Below, piece after piece: positions 36,394-45,845 of a DNA stretch of 64,000 nucleotides. A model generated the notes under the pieces. The model was given only the letters and a program-made list of their open reading frames with translations, did no database searches and was not told the DNA's origin. This DNA is from Anaerosomatales bacterium (GTDB taxonomy: Bacteria; Actinomycetota; Coriobacteriia; Anaerosomatales; SLCP01): the NCBI GenBank assembly GCA_029210645.1, contig JARGFT010000001.1, forward strand, positions 235,595 to 299,594. The letters are read 5' to 3'. Positions within the stretch are counted from its first letter, which is position 1. Each line of letters begins with the position of its first letter. The translations under genes and the position numbers were made by a program.

Positions 36394-37065
36394 ATGTCCG
36401 AGCGCGTGCTCATAGCTCCATCGATCCTTTCGGCGGACTTCACCGACCTCGGGAACGCGGTCCGTCTGATCCAGGACGGCGGTGCGGACTTCGTCCACGT
36501 CGATGTCATGGACGGGCATTTCGTCCCCAACCTCACTATTGGTCCGCCGGTGGTCAAGGCGCTCAAACGTGTCGCAGAGATCCCGCTCGACGTTCACCTG
36601 ATGATCGACAACGCCGAGGACACGATCGGGTGGTACCTCGATGCGGGCGCCGATTGGATCACCGTCCATGTCGAGGCCTGCAATCACCTGCACCGGGTGC
36701 TCCAGACCATCCGGGGTGCCGGTGCGCGTGCGGGCGTCAGTCTCAATCCCGGGACTCCCGTCGAGATGATCCGGGACGTCATCGCCGATCTCGACATGGT
36801 GCTCGTCATGAGCGTCAATCCCGGCTTCGGCGGCCAGTCGTTCATCGGCCGCTCGGTCGATCGAGTCCGCCGTGTCGCTGCCATCTGTGCCGAGGAGGGT
36901 GTCAACCCCTTGATCCAGGTTGATGGAGGTATCGACCCCGCCACGGCCCCACTGGTGACAGCGGCGGGTGCGAGATGCCTGGTCGCAGGAAGCGCGGTCT
37001 TCTGTGAGGATGACCCGGTTTCTGCGATGAACGCGATCCGCGAGGCAGCAGAGCAGGTCTTGTAG
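36394..37065 (+). CDS. rpe: Ribulose-phosphate 3-epimerase
   Basis: APSILSADF, HVDVMDGHFVPN, MSVNPGFGGQ, VDGG. Confidence 0.96.
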   Translation: MSERVLIAPSILSADFTDLGNAVRLIQDGGADFVHVDVMDGHFVPNLTIGPPVVKALKRVAEIPLDVHLMIDNAEDTIGWYLDAGADWITVHVEACNHLHRVLQTIRGAGARAGVSLNPGTPVEMIRDVIADLDMVLVMSVNPGFGGQSFIGRSVDRVRRVAAICAEEGVNPLIQVDGGIDPATAPLVTAAGARCLVAGSAVFCEDDPVSAMNAIREAAEQVL

Positions 37066-37077
37066 TACACTAGCAGC

Positions 37078-37196
37078 GTCTTTCTTCAGGGCGGGGTGAA
37101 AGTCCCCACCGGCGGTGATAGCCCGCGAGCCCCCACCAGGGCTGACCCGGAGGATTCCCGGGGCCGACAGTGAGAGTCTGGATGGGAGAAGGAAGG
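37078..37196 (+). ncRNA. FMN riboswitch (RFN element)
   Basis: CTTCAGGGCGGGGTGAAAGTCCCCACCGGCGGT…GCCCGCGA…GCCGACAGT..AGTCTGGATGGGAGAAG directly upstream of the rib operon. Confidence 0.95.
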
Positions 37197-37209
37197 ACCG
37201 CGCACGAGC

Positions 37210-38313
37210 ATGCGTCTGTTTACCGACGATTCCTCATCGATCACCGACCCGTTCTTGAGGCGCGCCTGGATTCTCGCGCGCAACGGCCTTGGCACGACGT
37301 CTCCGAACCCGATGGTCGGCTGCGTCCTGGTGCAGGGCACGGAGATCGTCGGGGAGGGGTGGCACGAGCGTGCTGGCGGTCCCCATGCAGAGGCCATCGC
37401 GCTTCGCGACGCCGGCTCTGCGGCGCGGGGCGCGACGGTCTACGTGACCCTGGAACCCTGCGCTCATCACGGTCGCACGCCTCCGTGCGTGGATGCACTG
37501 ATCGAGTCCGAGGTTGCCCGCATCGTCATCGGGATGCCCGATCCGAGCATCGTGGCATCAGGAGGTGCAGAGCGTCTCAGTGCTGCCGGCATCGAAGTCA
37601 TCTTCGCGGACGACCCGGCGCCGTTCGCAGCGCTCAACCGCGGCTGGCTGATGCACGTGCGGGAGTCACGGCCGTGGATCACGGTGAAGCTTGCGCTCAC
37701 ATTAGATGCGAGGATCGCGGCAGGTCCGGGTGTGCGGACCCGGATCTCGGGTCCCGGGGCCCACGCAGTGACGATGCGGCTGCGCGCCGCGTCCGATGCA
37801 GTCGTGATCGGCGCGCGGACTGCGATCGCCGACGACCCCGCGCTGACAGTGCGCGATTCGGCTGGTGCACCCGCTTCGCGCCAGCCGTTGCGGGTGGTAC
37901 TGACGCGGCGCACAGATCCGGACGGGTGCTCGCTCTTCGGTGACGGCCACGGGCAGACCGCGGTCCTGATGCCTGACGGATGCGGGCGTGCGGCTCCGGC
38001 GGGAGCACGGGCGATCGAGTACGACTCGGCCGGCGGAGTTACCGCTGCCATGCGTGCGCTTGCCGCCGAGGGCATCGCACACGTGATGGTCGAGCCCGGG
38101 CAGACGCTGTTCACCGCTCTGTGGGACGAAGGACTGGTCGACGAGCTGGTGCTCGTTCATGCGGGCGGAGTGGGAGGAGAGGGGTGGACGGGCAGCTACA
38201 CCGGGTCCGATGGCGGCCCCGAACTCGCCTTGAGGACGAGGATGAAGGCGGTCGAGGCGGAAGTTGTGGGCGACGACGCGATCACTGTTTGGACGAGGAA
38301 GACGCAGGAGTAG
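37210..38313 (+). CDS. ribD: Riboflavin biosynthesis deaminase/reductase
   Basis: SPNPMVG, HAE, TLEPCAHHGRTPPC, KLALTLD, DDPALTVR. Confidence 0.93.
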   Translation: MRLFTDDSSSITDPFLRRAWILARNGLGTTSPNPMVGCVLVQGTEIVGEGWHERAGGPHAEAIALRDAGSAARGATVYVTLEPCAHHGRTPPCVDALIESEVARIVIGMPDPSIVASGGAERLSAAGIEVIFADDPAPFAALNRGWLMHVRESRPWITVKLALTLDARIAAGPGVRTRISGPGAHAVTMRLRAASDAVVIGARTAIADDPALTVRDSAGAPASRQPLRVVLTRRTDPDGCSLFGDGHGQTAVLMPDGCGRAAPAGARAIEYDSAGGVTAAMRALAAEGIAHVMVEPGQTLFTALWDEGLVDELVLVHAGGVGGEGWTGSYTGSDGGPELALRTRMKAVEAEVVGDDAITVWTRKTQE

Positions 38314-38343
38314 TGCGGTCGCACGGGAGAGGAAGGACAGCAG

Positions 38344-39012
38344 ATGTTCACGGGACTCATCGAGTCTGAAGGGATCATCACGCGCACCGAGCGTGTCGCC
38401 GACGGGATGCGGGTCGAGGTCTACGCACCCGAGTTCGGACGCGACATGGCGATCGGTGACTCGATCGCCGTCGACGGCTCGTGCCTGACAGTCGTCCAGT
38501 TCATCCGTGGTGCGTTCATCGCCGACGTCAGCTCCGAGACGCTCTCGCGGACCACGTTGGGTGGTCTTCGACAGGGCGCCAAGGTGAACCTGGAGCGGGC
38601 GCTGCGTCTGTCGGACCGTCTGGGGGGTCACATCGTGACCGGGCACATCGATGACGTAGGAACGTTGGTCATGCGACATCCCGCAGGGAACTCGACGATC
38701 TACCAGTTCGCGGTGTCCCGCGCGCTGATGGAGTACATCGTGCCCAAGGGTTCTGTCGCGGTAGATGGCATCTCGCTGACGATCGCGCAGACACGCGGGG
38801 ACGGGTTCGCCGCTGCTGTCGTGCCGCATACCGAGTCAGCGACCACGCTCGGCGAGAAGCCCACTGGTGCCAAGGTGAACATCGAGGTAGACATGATGGC
38901 GAAGTACGTCAAGCGGTTCGTCGAGCTCTACGCCGGCATAGACGATGACGCATCACCGCCGATCCGCCGGGGACTTGGCGATATGCTCCGCGAGATGGCC
39001 GATGGCCGATGA
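38344..39012 (+). CDS. ribE: Riboflavin synthase alpha chain
   Basis: N-terminal MFTG, GDSIAVDG.CLT, VNLERA, GGH.V.GH. Confidence 0.95.
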   Translation: MFTGLIESEGIITRTERVADGMRVEVYAPEFGRDMAIGDSIAVDGSCLTVVQFIRGAFIADVSSETLSRTTLGGLRQGAKVNLERALRLSDRLGGHIVTGHIDDVGTLVMRHPAGNSTIYQFAVSRALMEYIVPKGSVAVDGISLTIAQTRGDGFAAAVVPHTESATTLGEKPTGAKVNIEVDMMAKYVKRFVELYAGIDDDASPPIRRGLGDMLREMADGR

Positions 39013-40271
39013 TGACGAACACCGGGGACAGCCCGCTCTTCAGCACAGTCGAGGCAGCGATCGCCGAGATCGCTTCGGGGCGTATGGTGATCGTCGTCGA
39101 TGACGAGTCGCGTGAGAACGAGGGCGATCTGGTCATGGCAGCCGAGAAGGTCACGCCACAAGCCATCAACTTCATGGCGACCCACGGTCGAGGCCTGATC
39201 TGTCTGCCGCTGACGGGAGAACGACTCGACGAGCTGCGAATACCCCCGATGACCCAGACGAACACGTCGGAGCAGGGCACCGCGTTCCATGTGTCGATCG
39301 GCGCCAAAGGTGTCATATCGACGGGAATCTCAGCCGCCGACCGTGCGGCGACCGTATGCGTAGCGATCGACCCGCAGACCCGCCCCGATGACATATCGAT
39401 GCCCGGACACGTCTTTCCCCTGCGAGCGAAGCCGGGTGGCGTCCTCGAGCGGGCAGGCCACACCGAGACCGCTGTTGATCTGGCGCGCCTAGCGGGGCTG
39501 TATCCGGCCGGAGTCATCTGCGAGATCATGAACGCTGACGGCACCATGGCGCGCCGACCACAACTCGAGCACTTCGCTGAACAGCACGAGCTCATCATGG
39601 TCACCGTTGCCGACATCATCAGGTTTCGCAGGCGCACGGAGCGACTTGTCGAGCGCACCTCGACGGTCAATCTGCCGACCCGGCACGGAATGTTCATCGC
39701 ACACGGCTATACGTCGAAGATCGACGCTTCGACGCATATCGCGCTCGTGGTCGGTGATGTCGCGGGCGCCCACGACGTGCTCGTGCGCGTCCACTCCGAG
39801 TGCCTGACCGGGGACGTGTTCCACAGTCTCAGATGCGATTGCGGGGCTCAGCTTGAAGAAGCCATGCGTCTCGTTCAGGCCGAAGGAGGGGGAGTCATCC
39901 TCTACATCGTCGGGCACGAAGGCCGCGGCATCGGGCTTGCCAACAAGCTCAAGGCCTATGAGCTTCAGGAAGCAGGCGCGGACACGGTGGAGGCCAACGA
40001 GGCACTCGGATTCGCGCCGGACCTGCGGGACTATGGCATCGGTGCGCAGATACTTGCGGACCTCGGACTCACGTCGATGCGGCTTCTGACGAACAACCCC
40101 ACCAAGATAGTCGGTCTCGAAGGATACGGTCTGCGCGTCACCGAGCAGGTCTCCCTCGAGGTTCCGGCGTGTGACGACAACCGTGCATACCTTATGACCA
40201 AGCGGGAGAAGATGGCGCACACGCTCCTGCTCGATGATGGTGTGACCACCGAAAGGGAGGAAGAGCGATGA
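39009..40271 (+). CDS. ribBA: Bifunctional DHBP synthase / GTP cyclohydrolase II
   Basis: [38 protein letters not shown]. Confidence 0.96.
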   Translation: MMTNTGDSPLFSTVEAAIAEIASGRMVIVVDDESRENEGDLVMAAEKVTPQAINFMATHGRGLICLPLTGERLDELRIPPMTQTNTSEQGTAFHVSIGAKGVISTGISAADRAATVCVAIDPQTRPDDISMPGHVFPLRAKPGGVLERAGHTETAVDLARLAGLYPAGVICEIMNADGTMARRPQLEHFAEQHELIMVTVADIIRFRRRTERLVERTSTVNLPTRHGMFIAHGYTSKIDASTHIALVVGDVAGAHDVLVRVHSECLTGDVFHSLRCDCGAQLEEAMRLVQAEGGGVILYIVGHEGRGIGLANKLKAYELQEAGADTVEANEALGFAPDLRDYGIGAQILADLGLTSMRLLTNNPTKIVGLEGYGLRVTEQVSLEVPACDDNRAYLMTKREKMAHTLLLDDGVTTEREEER

Positions 40272-40732
40272 GTACGTTTGAAGGCAATCTTATCGGGACG
40301 GGGTTGAAGATAGGAATCGTCGTGAGCAGGTTCAACGAGCTCCTCTCCGGGCGTTTGCTCGCAGGGGCACAGGACGGGCTCACGCGTCACGGGGTTGCCG
40401 TGGACGACGTGGATGTCGCCTGGGTGCCCGGCGGATTCGAGATTCCGCTCGTGGCCAAACAGATGGCCGCCTCCGGTCGCTACGACGCGATACTGGCGCT
40501 CGGGGTCGTCATCCGCGGAGGGACGCCCCATTTCGAGTACGTCGCCTCTGAGGTGGCGAAGGGCATAGCCCACGCCTCATTCGATTCCGGAGTTCCCGTC
40601 ATGTTCGGTGTCATCACCGCCGACACCATCGAACAGGCCGTCGAGCGGGCGGGCACCAAGGCCGGGAACAAGGGCTGGGACGCTGCTCTCGGTGCGATCG
40701 AGATGGCGAACCTCGCCAAGGCGCTAGGCTAG
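40268..40732 (+). CDS. ribH: 6,7-dimethyl-8-ribityllumazine synthase
   Basis: [27 protein letters not shown]. Confidence 0.96.
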   Translation: MSTFEGNLIGTGLKIGIVVSRFNELLSGRLLAGAQDGLTRHGVAVDDVDVAWVPGGFEIPLVAKQMAASGRYDAILALGVVIRGGTPHFEYVASEVAKGIAHASFDSGVPVMFGVITADTIEQAVERAGTKAGNKGWDAALGAIEMANLAKALG

Positions 40733-40748
40733 GCGCAGAAGCGGATCG

Positions 40749-40787
40749 GAAAACCAGGAAGCCCCGGCCAGATGGTCGGGGCTTCCT
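40749..40787. terminator. Hairpin terminator after ribH with its T tract on the minus strand (possibly bidirectional)
   Basis: AGGAAGCCCCGGCCA/TGGTCGGGGCTTCCT stem at 40756-40787; plus-strand AAAA just upstream reads TTTT after the stem on the minus strand. Confidence 0.75.
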
Positions 40788-40865
40788 CTGCGTCCAGTGG
40801 GCTCTCGCCACCCTGTGGCTATCAGCCGTGGACCGTTGGTTCCCTTGCCGCCTCGCAAGACGGGT
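40750..40865 (-). ncRNA. Candidate ~115-nt structured sRNA
   Basis: Minus-strand promoter TTGTTG-N17-TACTGT with extended TG; several stems; ends at the terminator with the minus-strand U tract. Confidence 0.45.
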
Positions 40866-41021
40866 GTCACACAGTATCAGACAGAGACAGCACCAACAAG
40901 AGAAGGTACGTTCGATTCGACGAGCGGTCTCCGCTGAGCGCTGAGTGGCGATGTGCGCAGCCCGTTCGGTCCGATAGAATGGGGTCAGGCCACGTTCGCG
41001 ACCAGACACGGAGGAGTGACC

Positions 41022-41717
41022 ATGGTTGTCGGCGACACATCTGATGAGCCGGTCACGGACGGGCGGAGTACGGTCGTCGAGGTGTTCGGCGTCAAGCTCT
41101 CGGTAAAGAACCGCAGGCTTGCAGAGATACTCTCCATGGACGCGGCCGAGGCACTCGGTTTCGAAGGCAAGACCCCGAGGGTCCACGACCACGAGTTCGA
41201 AACGCACGTGGTCAACGAAGCGTCTCCCTTTGCCGTGGTGGCGGCAGCCGGTCCGGACGATGCGGCCGAAGCCCAGCGACGTACTGAGCTTCGGCATCAC
41301 GTGGAGGCTATCGCCGCCTCCCTCGGCTTCACGGTGGTCGCCGGCGGCAAGTGGCACTCTCCCTCGGGTCAGACGCTGCATGCGCGGGTCGTCTCCAGAG
41401 CGGTCTCTGCGGCGGCAGCTGCCGATACGGTTGAGAAGCTCGGTGGGCTCATGAAGGCTCGTCCCGCCGGGGAGTCGGTTGTGCTGATCACACAGGACCG
41501 GTCGGCTGCTGCGACATTCATCGGCGTCATCCGGGAACGCCAGGCACACGCCACCTTCCGGGTCGTGAGCGTCGAGGACCTCGAGGCGCTCGGCGCAGTA
41601 TCCGACAGCGGTCGCGCGGACCACGCTGCATTCATCGCCCTCCTGTCTCCCCAGGCGGCGGTCGACATCGGCCCCGCCATCGCTCAGATGTGTCCGGAGT
41701 CGCCAGGGCAGCCGTAG
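41022..41717 (+). CDS. Hypothetical protein
   Basis: ATG 41022 after GGAGGAG; TAGAAT -10 at 40975-40980; coding-like composition; no family recognised. Confidence 0.7.
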   Translation: MVVGDTSDEPVTDGRSTVVEVFGVKLSVKNRRLAEILSMDAAEALGFEGKTPRVHDHEFETHVVNEASPFAVVAAAGPDDAAEAQRRTELRHHVEAIAASLGFTVVAGGKWHSPSGQTLHARVVSRAVSAAAAADTVEKLGGLMKARPAGESVVLITQDRSAAATFIGVIRERQAHATFRVVSVEDLEALGAVSDSGRADHAAFIALLSPQAAVDIGPAIAQMCPESPGQP

Positions 41718-41744
41718 GGGCTGGAGTGTCGGGGGGCGGTTCGC

Positions 41745-41802
41745 TTGACACCCTCGCAGCCGGGGACTATCGTGCTGAAATCATACTGTTTTGGTAAGGA
41801 TT
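41745..41802 (+). promoter_or_regulatory. Promoter TTGACA-N17-TATCGT plus candidate Rrf2 operator AATCATAC-N7-GTAAGGATT
   Basis: Consensus -35 at 41745-41750, -10 at 41768-41773; AT-rich imperfect inverted repeat 41779-41802 over the start site. Confidence 0.65.
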
Positions 41803-41824
41803 CCAGTCGAGGAGCCGAGACCGG

Positions 41825-42277
41825 ATGCGTCTGACCGCCAAGAGCGAGTATGGATTGCTCGCCATGATCGATCTGGCGTGCAGGGTCGATCAGGGTCCGG
41901 TCAGCGCTCGTGAGATCTCCGACCGCCAGGGCATACCCGCCAAGTACCTCGAACAGCTCTTCGTAGGCCTTCGCAAGGCGGGTCTCGTGGGAGCGGTGCG
42001 GGGCGCTCACGGCGGGTTCGCTCTCCATCGCCCGGCCGGCGAGATCACCGTCCTCGATGTCGTCGAGGCGCTGGAGGGTTCGCTGCGTCCGACGGTCTGC
42101 GACGGGGACAGAGCCGCTGCGTGCGGACGCGGTGACGCGTGTGCCGCGGCGGGCGTGTGGGACCGGGCCACCAGTGCCGTGCGCGATGTTCTGGAGTCCA
42201 CGACGCTGGATTCGCTCGCTCGCACCCAGGAAGTCCTTGACGAGTCGGGTGCTGCCCGAAGTCCTATTGAGAGGTAG
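41825..42277 (+). CDS. Rrf2 family (IscR/CymR-like) transcriptional regulator
   Basis: YLEQLF..LRKAGLV..VRGAHGGF; three Cys (C-x7-C-x5-C); heads iscS-iscU. Confidence 0.92.
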   Translation: MRLTAKSEYGLLAMIDLACRVDQGPVSAREISDRQGIPAKYLEQLFVGLRKAGLVGAVRGAHGGFALHRPAGEITVLDVVEALEGSLRPTVCDGDRAAACGRGDACAAAGVWDRATSAVRDVLESTTLDSLARTQEVLDESGAARSPIER

Positions 42278-42283
42278 GAGAGC

Positions 42284-43477
42284 GTGATGGAAGCCCGCGA
42301 CGCATATCTTGACTACGCTGCAACCACTCCGGTCGACGAGCGGGTCCTCGAAGCCATGCTGCCGTACTACACACAAGTATGGGGCAACCCGAATAGCCTC
42401 TACCGCCGAGGACGAGAAGCGTACACCGCGCTGGAGGCGGCGCGCGAGCGGGTGGTTGGAGCCATCGGTGCAACCCACCCTAACGAGGTCATCTTCACAG
42501 CCGGGGGCACGGAGGCCGACAACGCCGCGCTCATCGGCATCACGACCAGGGCGCGCCCGGACGGCGGACACCTTGTCGTCTCCGCCTTCGAGCACCACGC
42601 TGTCCTCGAGCCCGCCCAATTCCTCGAAAAGTCCGGCTACGCGGTCACGTATCTTGCTCCGCGCCCGGCGGGCTACATCGACCCCGAGGATCTGCGCAAC
42701 GCCCTGCGCGACGATACAGTCCTCGTTTCGGTGATGCACGGCAACAACGAGATCGGCACCCTTCAGCCGATCCGCGAGCTGGCCGAGGTGGCACACGAGC
42801 GCGGTGCGCTGTTCCATACCGATGCCGCCCAGACCCTCGGGAAGGTGCCATTCAACGTTGCCGATCTCGGTGTAGATGCGGCGTCATTCTCAGGGCACAA
42901 GATCTACGGCCCGAAGGGCGTTGGCGCGTTGTACCTGAAGCGTGGGACCCCGTTCGCCCCGATGGTCCGCGGCGGCGGTCAGGAGTTCAAGAAGCGCTCC
43001 GGGACGCAGAACGTGGCGGGCATCGTCGGGTTCGCCACCGCGCTCGATCTGGTCCTGGCCGAGCTTCCCGAGGAGGCAGCGCGGCTCGCATCGCTCAGAG
43101 AGCGGATCGTGAGCGGAGTGACGTCAACGATCGAGAACACGATCGAGAGCGCGAGCTACCCCGAGCGTCTCCCGAACATCGCCCACATGATAATCAAGGG
43201 AGTCGAGGGCGAGGCCATGCTGCTGCAGCTCGATGCCAAGGGCGTTGCGGTCTCGACTGGTTCCGCGTGCTCCTCGGGTAGCCTTGAGCCCAGCCACGTC
43301 CTGCTGTCGATCGGATGCCCGCCTGAGTTGGCGCACGGTTCAGTGCGCGTCTCGGTCGGCAGGTTTACGACCGCCGAGGACGTCGAGTACTTCCTCGAAG
43401 TGTTCCCGCCCATCGTCGAGCGGCTGAGGATGATGTCTCCGCTCTACGCGAAGATGTACGGTTCGGCAACCACGTAG
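42284..43477 (+). CDS. iscS: Cysteine desulfurase
   Basis: YLDYAATTP, HTDAAQ, SGHKIYGPKG, STGSACSS. Confidence 0.95.
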   Translation: MMEARDAYLDYAATTPVDERVLEAMLPYYTQVWGNPNSLYRRGREAYTALEAARERVVGAIGATHPNEVIFTAGGTEADNAALIGITTRARPDGGHLVVSAFEHHAVLEPAQFLEKSGYAVTYLAPRPAGYIDPEDLRNALRDDTVLVSVMHGNNEIGTLQPIRELAEVAHERGALFHTDAAQTLGKVPFNVADLGVDAASFSGHKIYGPKGVGALYLKRGTPFAPMVRGGGQEFKKRSGTQNVAGIVGFATALDLVLAELPEEAARLASLRERIVSGVTSTIENTIESASYPERLPNIAHMIIKGVEGEAMLLQLDAKGVAVSTGSACSSGSLEPSHVLLSIGCPPELAHGSVRVSVGRFTTAEDVEYFLEVFPPIVERLRMMSPLYAKMYGSATT

Positions 43478-43524
43478 AACGACGTCAGCAGGGCCGTGCG
43501 CCCGGATTCGAGGAAGGGAGTCCC

Positions 43525-43992
43525 GTGCTCTACAGCGAGAAGGTCATGGACCACTTCAACAACCCGCGTAACGTTGGTGTCCTCGATGATGCCGATGGCA
43601 TCGGAGAGGTCGGCAACCCGGTGTGCGGTGACGTCATGAAGATCTCCATCAAGGTGGCCGACGATAAGATCGACGACATCCGCTTCCAGACCCTCGGGTG
43701 CGGGGCTGCCATCGCGACCAGTTCGATCGTGACGGAGATGGCACGCGGTATGTCTCTTGAGCAGGCGGTCGCCATCACCAAGAAGCAGGTCGCCGAGGAA
43801 CTCGGTGGTCTTCCGCCCGCGAAGATGCACTGCAGCGTGCTCGCCACTGATGGCCTCAAGAAGGCGGTTGACGACTATCTCGTGACGCACGGTCGGGACC
43901 CCATCGCGGTCGGCACGATCGCCCACGACGACCCTGAGTTCGATCCACACGCCGAGGAGCACGACGACGCGTGTGAGGTCACCGAGGAGTAG
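43525..43992 (+). CDS. iscU: Fe-S cluster scaffold IscU/NifU-N
   Basis: YSEKVMDHF.NPRNVG, CGD, GCGAAIA, KMHCS. Confidence 0.94.
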   Translation: MLYSEKVMDHFNNPRNVGVLDDADGIGEVGNPVCGDVMKISIKVADDKIDDIRFQTLGCGAAIATSSIVTEMARGMSLEQAVAITKKQVAEELGGLPPAKMHCSVLATDGLKKAVDDYLVTHGRDPIAVGTIAHDDPEFDPHAEEHDDACEVTEE

Positions 43993-44001
43993 CGCGCGCC
44001 G

Positions 44002-45048
44002 GTGGCCTCTGTATGGGTTGCGATGAGCGGTGGTGTGGACTCATCGGTCGCTGCGGCGCGTCTTGTCGGGCAGGGACACCGCGTGACCGGCGTGACGATG
44101 CAACTGCTGCCCGAGGGTGACGAGCCGGGCAGATGCTGCTCTACCGATGCGGTGCGTGCGGCCCGACGCGTCTGCGATCTTCTCGGCATCGAACACTACA
44201 CGCTCAACATGCGCGATGCGTTCGAGGCGGACGTCGTGGATCCTTTCGTGAAGGCGTACGCCTCGGGTCGCACGCCGAACCCCTGCATCGCATGTAACGA
44301 CCGGCTCAAGTTCGCCCTGCTGCTCGCGCGCGCACGCACTCACGGGGCCGAGGCGCTTGCGACCGGTCACTACGCGCGCATCGTGAGCGACGATATCGGC
44401 GGGTGCTGGCTTCATCGCGCACGTGATCCTGCGAAGGACCAGTCCTACTTCCTCTACCGGCTCGCCGAGCCCGCGATCGAGAGCGTGTGGTTCCCGCTGG
44501 GCGACACCACCAAGGCCGAGGTACGCGCCGAGGCGCGCAGCCTGGGCCTGCCCACCGCGGAACGCCCGGAGAGCCAGGAGGTCTGCTTCGTGCCGCAGGA
44601 TGCGGGCTCGTTCGTGGCTGCGCGGGTGCCTTCCGCGGGATCGTCGGGTCCTATCCTCGATGAGCACTGCGAGCGGGTCGGCACCCATGGAGGCGTCGGC
44701 CGTTACACGATCGGACAGCGCAAGGGTCTGGGGGTCGCCGGAGGCCCCTGGTTCGTGTCGGAGATCAGGCCCGCCACGAACACGGTTGTCGTCGCCCACG
44801 GGTCCCCCGTTCCCGTGATCTCCATCGCGCTCGAGGACGTGGTCTGGCGCGATGCGGCCTGCGCCCGGGTCGCTGCGGTCGTGAGATACCGCTCGGACCC
44901 GATCCCTGCGTCGGTCACCCCGACCTCTGACGGCGGCGCACTCGTCGAACTCGATCTGCCCGTTGCGGGGGTCGCTCCCGGTCAGGCTGTCGTATGCTAC
45001 ACGGGTGACCGGGTAGTGGGCGGAGGAGTGGTGAGAGCGACGCGATGA
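44002..45048 (+). CDS. mnmA: tRNA 2-thiouridine(34) synthase
   Basis: AMSGGVDS, TPNPCIACN, ATGHYAR, KDQSYFL, ESQEVCF, PGQ. Confidence 0.95.
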   Translation: MASVWVAMSGGVDSSVAAARLVGQGHRVTGVTMQLLPEGDEPGRCCSTDAVRAARRVCDLLGIEHYTLNMRDAFEADVVDPFVKAYASGRTPNPCIACNDRLKFALLLARARTHGAEALATGHYARIVSDDIGGCWLHRARDPAKDQSYFLYRLAEPAIESVWFPLGDTTKAEVRAEARSLGLPTAERPESQEVCFVPQDAGSFVAARVPSAGSSGPILDEHCERVGTHGGVGRYTIGQRKGLGVAGGPWFVSEIRPATNTVVVAHGSPVPVISIALEDVVWRDAACARVAAVVRYRSDPIPASVTPTSDGGALVELDLPVAGVAPGQAVVCYTGDRVVGGGVVRATR

Positions 45049-45845
45049 TGATGGACCTGCACATCCACACCGAGCGGTGCGGCCACGCTGCGGGACGTCC
45101 GTCTGAGTACCTTGCCGAGGCACGGCGTGCGGGGCTTGCGATCGTCGCGTTCACCGACCATCTCCCGCTCCCTGACGGCTACGATCCCGACGAGGAGTAC
45201 GCGATGCGTCCCGCCGAACTCGGCGAGTACGTCGCCGAGGTCCGCGAGGTGGCCCACTCATCGGGCGCTGCGCCCCGGGTGCTGCTCGGCATCGAGGCGG
45301 ATTGGATTCCGCAACACCGGGCTTACACGGCCGGCCGCATCGCCTCCCACGCCTTCGACATCGTTCTCGGCTCGGTTCACTTCCTCGACGATTGGGTGTT
45401 CGATGACCCCCGCCTCATCGACGAGTGGTCGCGCAGGGACGTCAGGGACGCGTGGACGCACTACTTCGAGACGCTCACGCAGGCTGCATCGAGCGGGCTG
45501 TTCGACGTGATGGCCCACCCTGACCTCGTGAAGAAGTTCGGGCATGTTCCGCCGGGCGATCTGAGCGCGCTCTACGAGGAGGTGGCCGCTGCGATCGCGG
45601 ATGCCGGGGTGGCCATCGAGGTGTCCTCGGCCGGACTGCGAAAGCCGTGCCGTGAGATCTACCCGTCGGACGACCTGCTCTCGGCGTTCTGCCGGGCGGG
45701 CGTGCCGGTGACCACCGCATCGGACGCGCACTCGCCCCGGGAGGTCGGCAGAGGCCTCACTGAGGTGAGAGATGCCGTCGCACGCGCGGGGTACACCAAG
45801 ATCGCGTACTTCGAGGCACGGGAGATGCGGGAGGTGGCGCTGTGA
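45045..45845 (+). CDS. PHP-family histidinol-phosphatase (HisK/HisJ-like)
   Basis: DLHIHT, TDH, GSVH, AHPD, SDAH. Confidence 0.85.
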   Translation: MMMDLHIHTERCGHAAGRPSEYLAEARRAGLAIVAFTDHLPLPDGYDPDEEYAMRPAELGEYVAEVREVAHSSGAAPRVLLGIEADWIPQHRAYTAGRIASHAFDIVLGSVHFLDDWVFDDPRLIDEWSRRDVRDAWTHYFETLTQAASSGLFDVMAHPDLVKKFGHVPPGDLSALYEEVAAAIADAGVAIEVSSAGLRKPCREIYPSDDLLSAFCRAGVPVTTASDAHSPREVGRGLTEVRDAVARAGYTKIAYFEAREMREVAL

